A program made the translations under genes and the position numbers. From a bacterium (GTDB lineage Bacteria > RBG-13-61-14 > DATKZS01), in contig JAWOBU010000269.1 of NCBI GenBank assembly GCA_046484135.1, forward strand, positions 401 through 64,400: a stretch of DNA of 64,000 nt. The letters run 5' to 3'. This document shows positions 63,553-64,000 of the stretch, piece after piece; position 1 is the stretch's first letter; each line of letters opens with the position of its first letter. The notes beneath the pieces are model-generated. The model did not search any database and had not been told where the DNA came from. It saw nothing but the letters and a program-made list of their open reading frames with translations.

Positions 63553-64000
63553 ATGGAGAAAACGATATCGGGAGTCATAATCGAGTGTGTCATGGGAGAT
63601 ATCGCCTCGCAAACAGGGATTACCGCGGTTGTCAATGCCGCGAATGCTCAGCTCATGATAGGCGGAGGTGTGGCGGGTGCGATTCACCGTGCAGCGGGTC
63701 CGGGGCTTGCGGAAGAATGTCGTCCCTTAGCGCCCATCGAACCGGGCGAGGCGGTGATTACGGGCGGACACAATCTGCCCAACCAGTATGTCATTCACTG
63801 CCTGGGGCCTGTTTACGGCGCGGATAAACCGGAAGATGAGCTCCTTGCGAACTGCTATCGCAACGCCTTACAGCTCGCCGAAAAACATGGGATAGAATCG
63901 GTTGCGTTTCCTGCGATCTCCACCGGCGCGTTCGGGTATCCCCTGCAAGACGCGGCCGAGGTGGCATTCGGAACCATCATGGATATCGTTCCGAACCTGA
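63553..64000 (+). CDS. Macro-domain protein (MacroD/YmdB-like), 3' end cut by the window
   Basis: Not in the ORF track (no stop in the window). ATG at 63553 after GAAGGAGG. GDIASQTGITAVVNAANAQLMIGGGVAGAIHRAAG and AFPAISTGAFGYP motifs read directly from the sequence. Confidence 0.75.
   Translation, partial: MEKTISGVIIECVMGDIASQTGITAVVNAANAQLMIGGGVAGAIHRAAGPGLAEECRPLAPIEPGEAVITGGHNLPNQYVIHCLGPVYGADKPEDELLANCYRNALQLAEKHGIESVAFPAISTGAFGYPLQDAAEVAFGTIMDIVPNL

Overview
GC-rich bacterial chromosomal segment. The gene content suggests an anaerobic, Desulfobacterota-like organism: EndoQ-type nuclease, Thi4-type thiazole synthase, an ADP-forming acetyl-CoA synthetase beta-like subunit, several radical SAM enzymes and beta-oxidation genes. 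That assignment is inference only. No searches were run; all product names come from motif recognition in the supplied translations.

I support about 50 protein genes, 2 tRNAs, several terminators and promoters, and an unusually rich set of small hairpin repeats. Main blocks:
- (i) GT-C glycosyltransferase-like membrane proteins, an ATP-grasp protein plus a radical SAM/SPASM enzyme, tRNA-Asp and tRNA-Val, rtcA, and a stand-alone rplC.
- (ii) A carA / unknown / PflX-type radical SAM operon.
- (iii) An MFP plus two RND permeases.
- (iv) An accessory patch at 20.4-24.3 kb: a 2.1-kb TIR-bounded element with two paralogous HTH proteins, a half MITE, an orphan BrnA-like antitoxin and a hairpin-cassette MITE.
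- (v) A beta-oxidation-like cluster with a putative heteromeric acyl-CoA dehydrogenase pair.
- (vi) An EndoQ-like nuclease fused to a UvrD helicase, preceded by 0.9 kb of hairpin repeats.
- (vii) An ECF sigma / anti-sigma operon, an RRM protein, a 1636-aa thioester alpha-2-macroglobulin and three hsp20 genes.
- (viii) thi4, MaoC and crotonase genes, dinB, an M28 peptidase and a GH20 hexosaminidase.
- (ix) A MshEN / HD-GYP / REC / DUF4388 signalling protein, DsbA-like lipoproteins, an outer-membrane barrel, an aminotransferase and a Macro-domain gene cut by the window edge.

The best candidate for something undescribed is the element at 20401-22519. It has terminal inverted repeats over 100 bp long, CTAG flanks, two DUF1670-like paralogues, no recognisable transposase, and an internal structured ~100-nt module that recurs at the window start. 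Secondary candidates are the EndoQ-UvrD fusion, a GspG-pseudopilin-like module inside the macroglobulin bait region, and the MshEN / HD-GYP protein. None of these can be confirmed from sequence alone.
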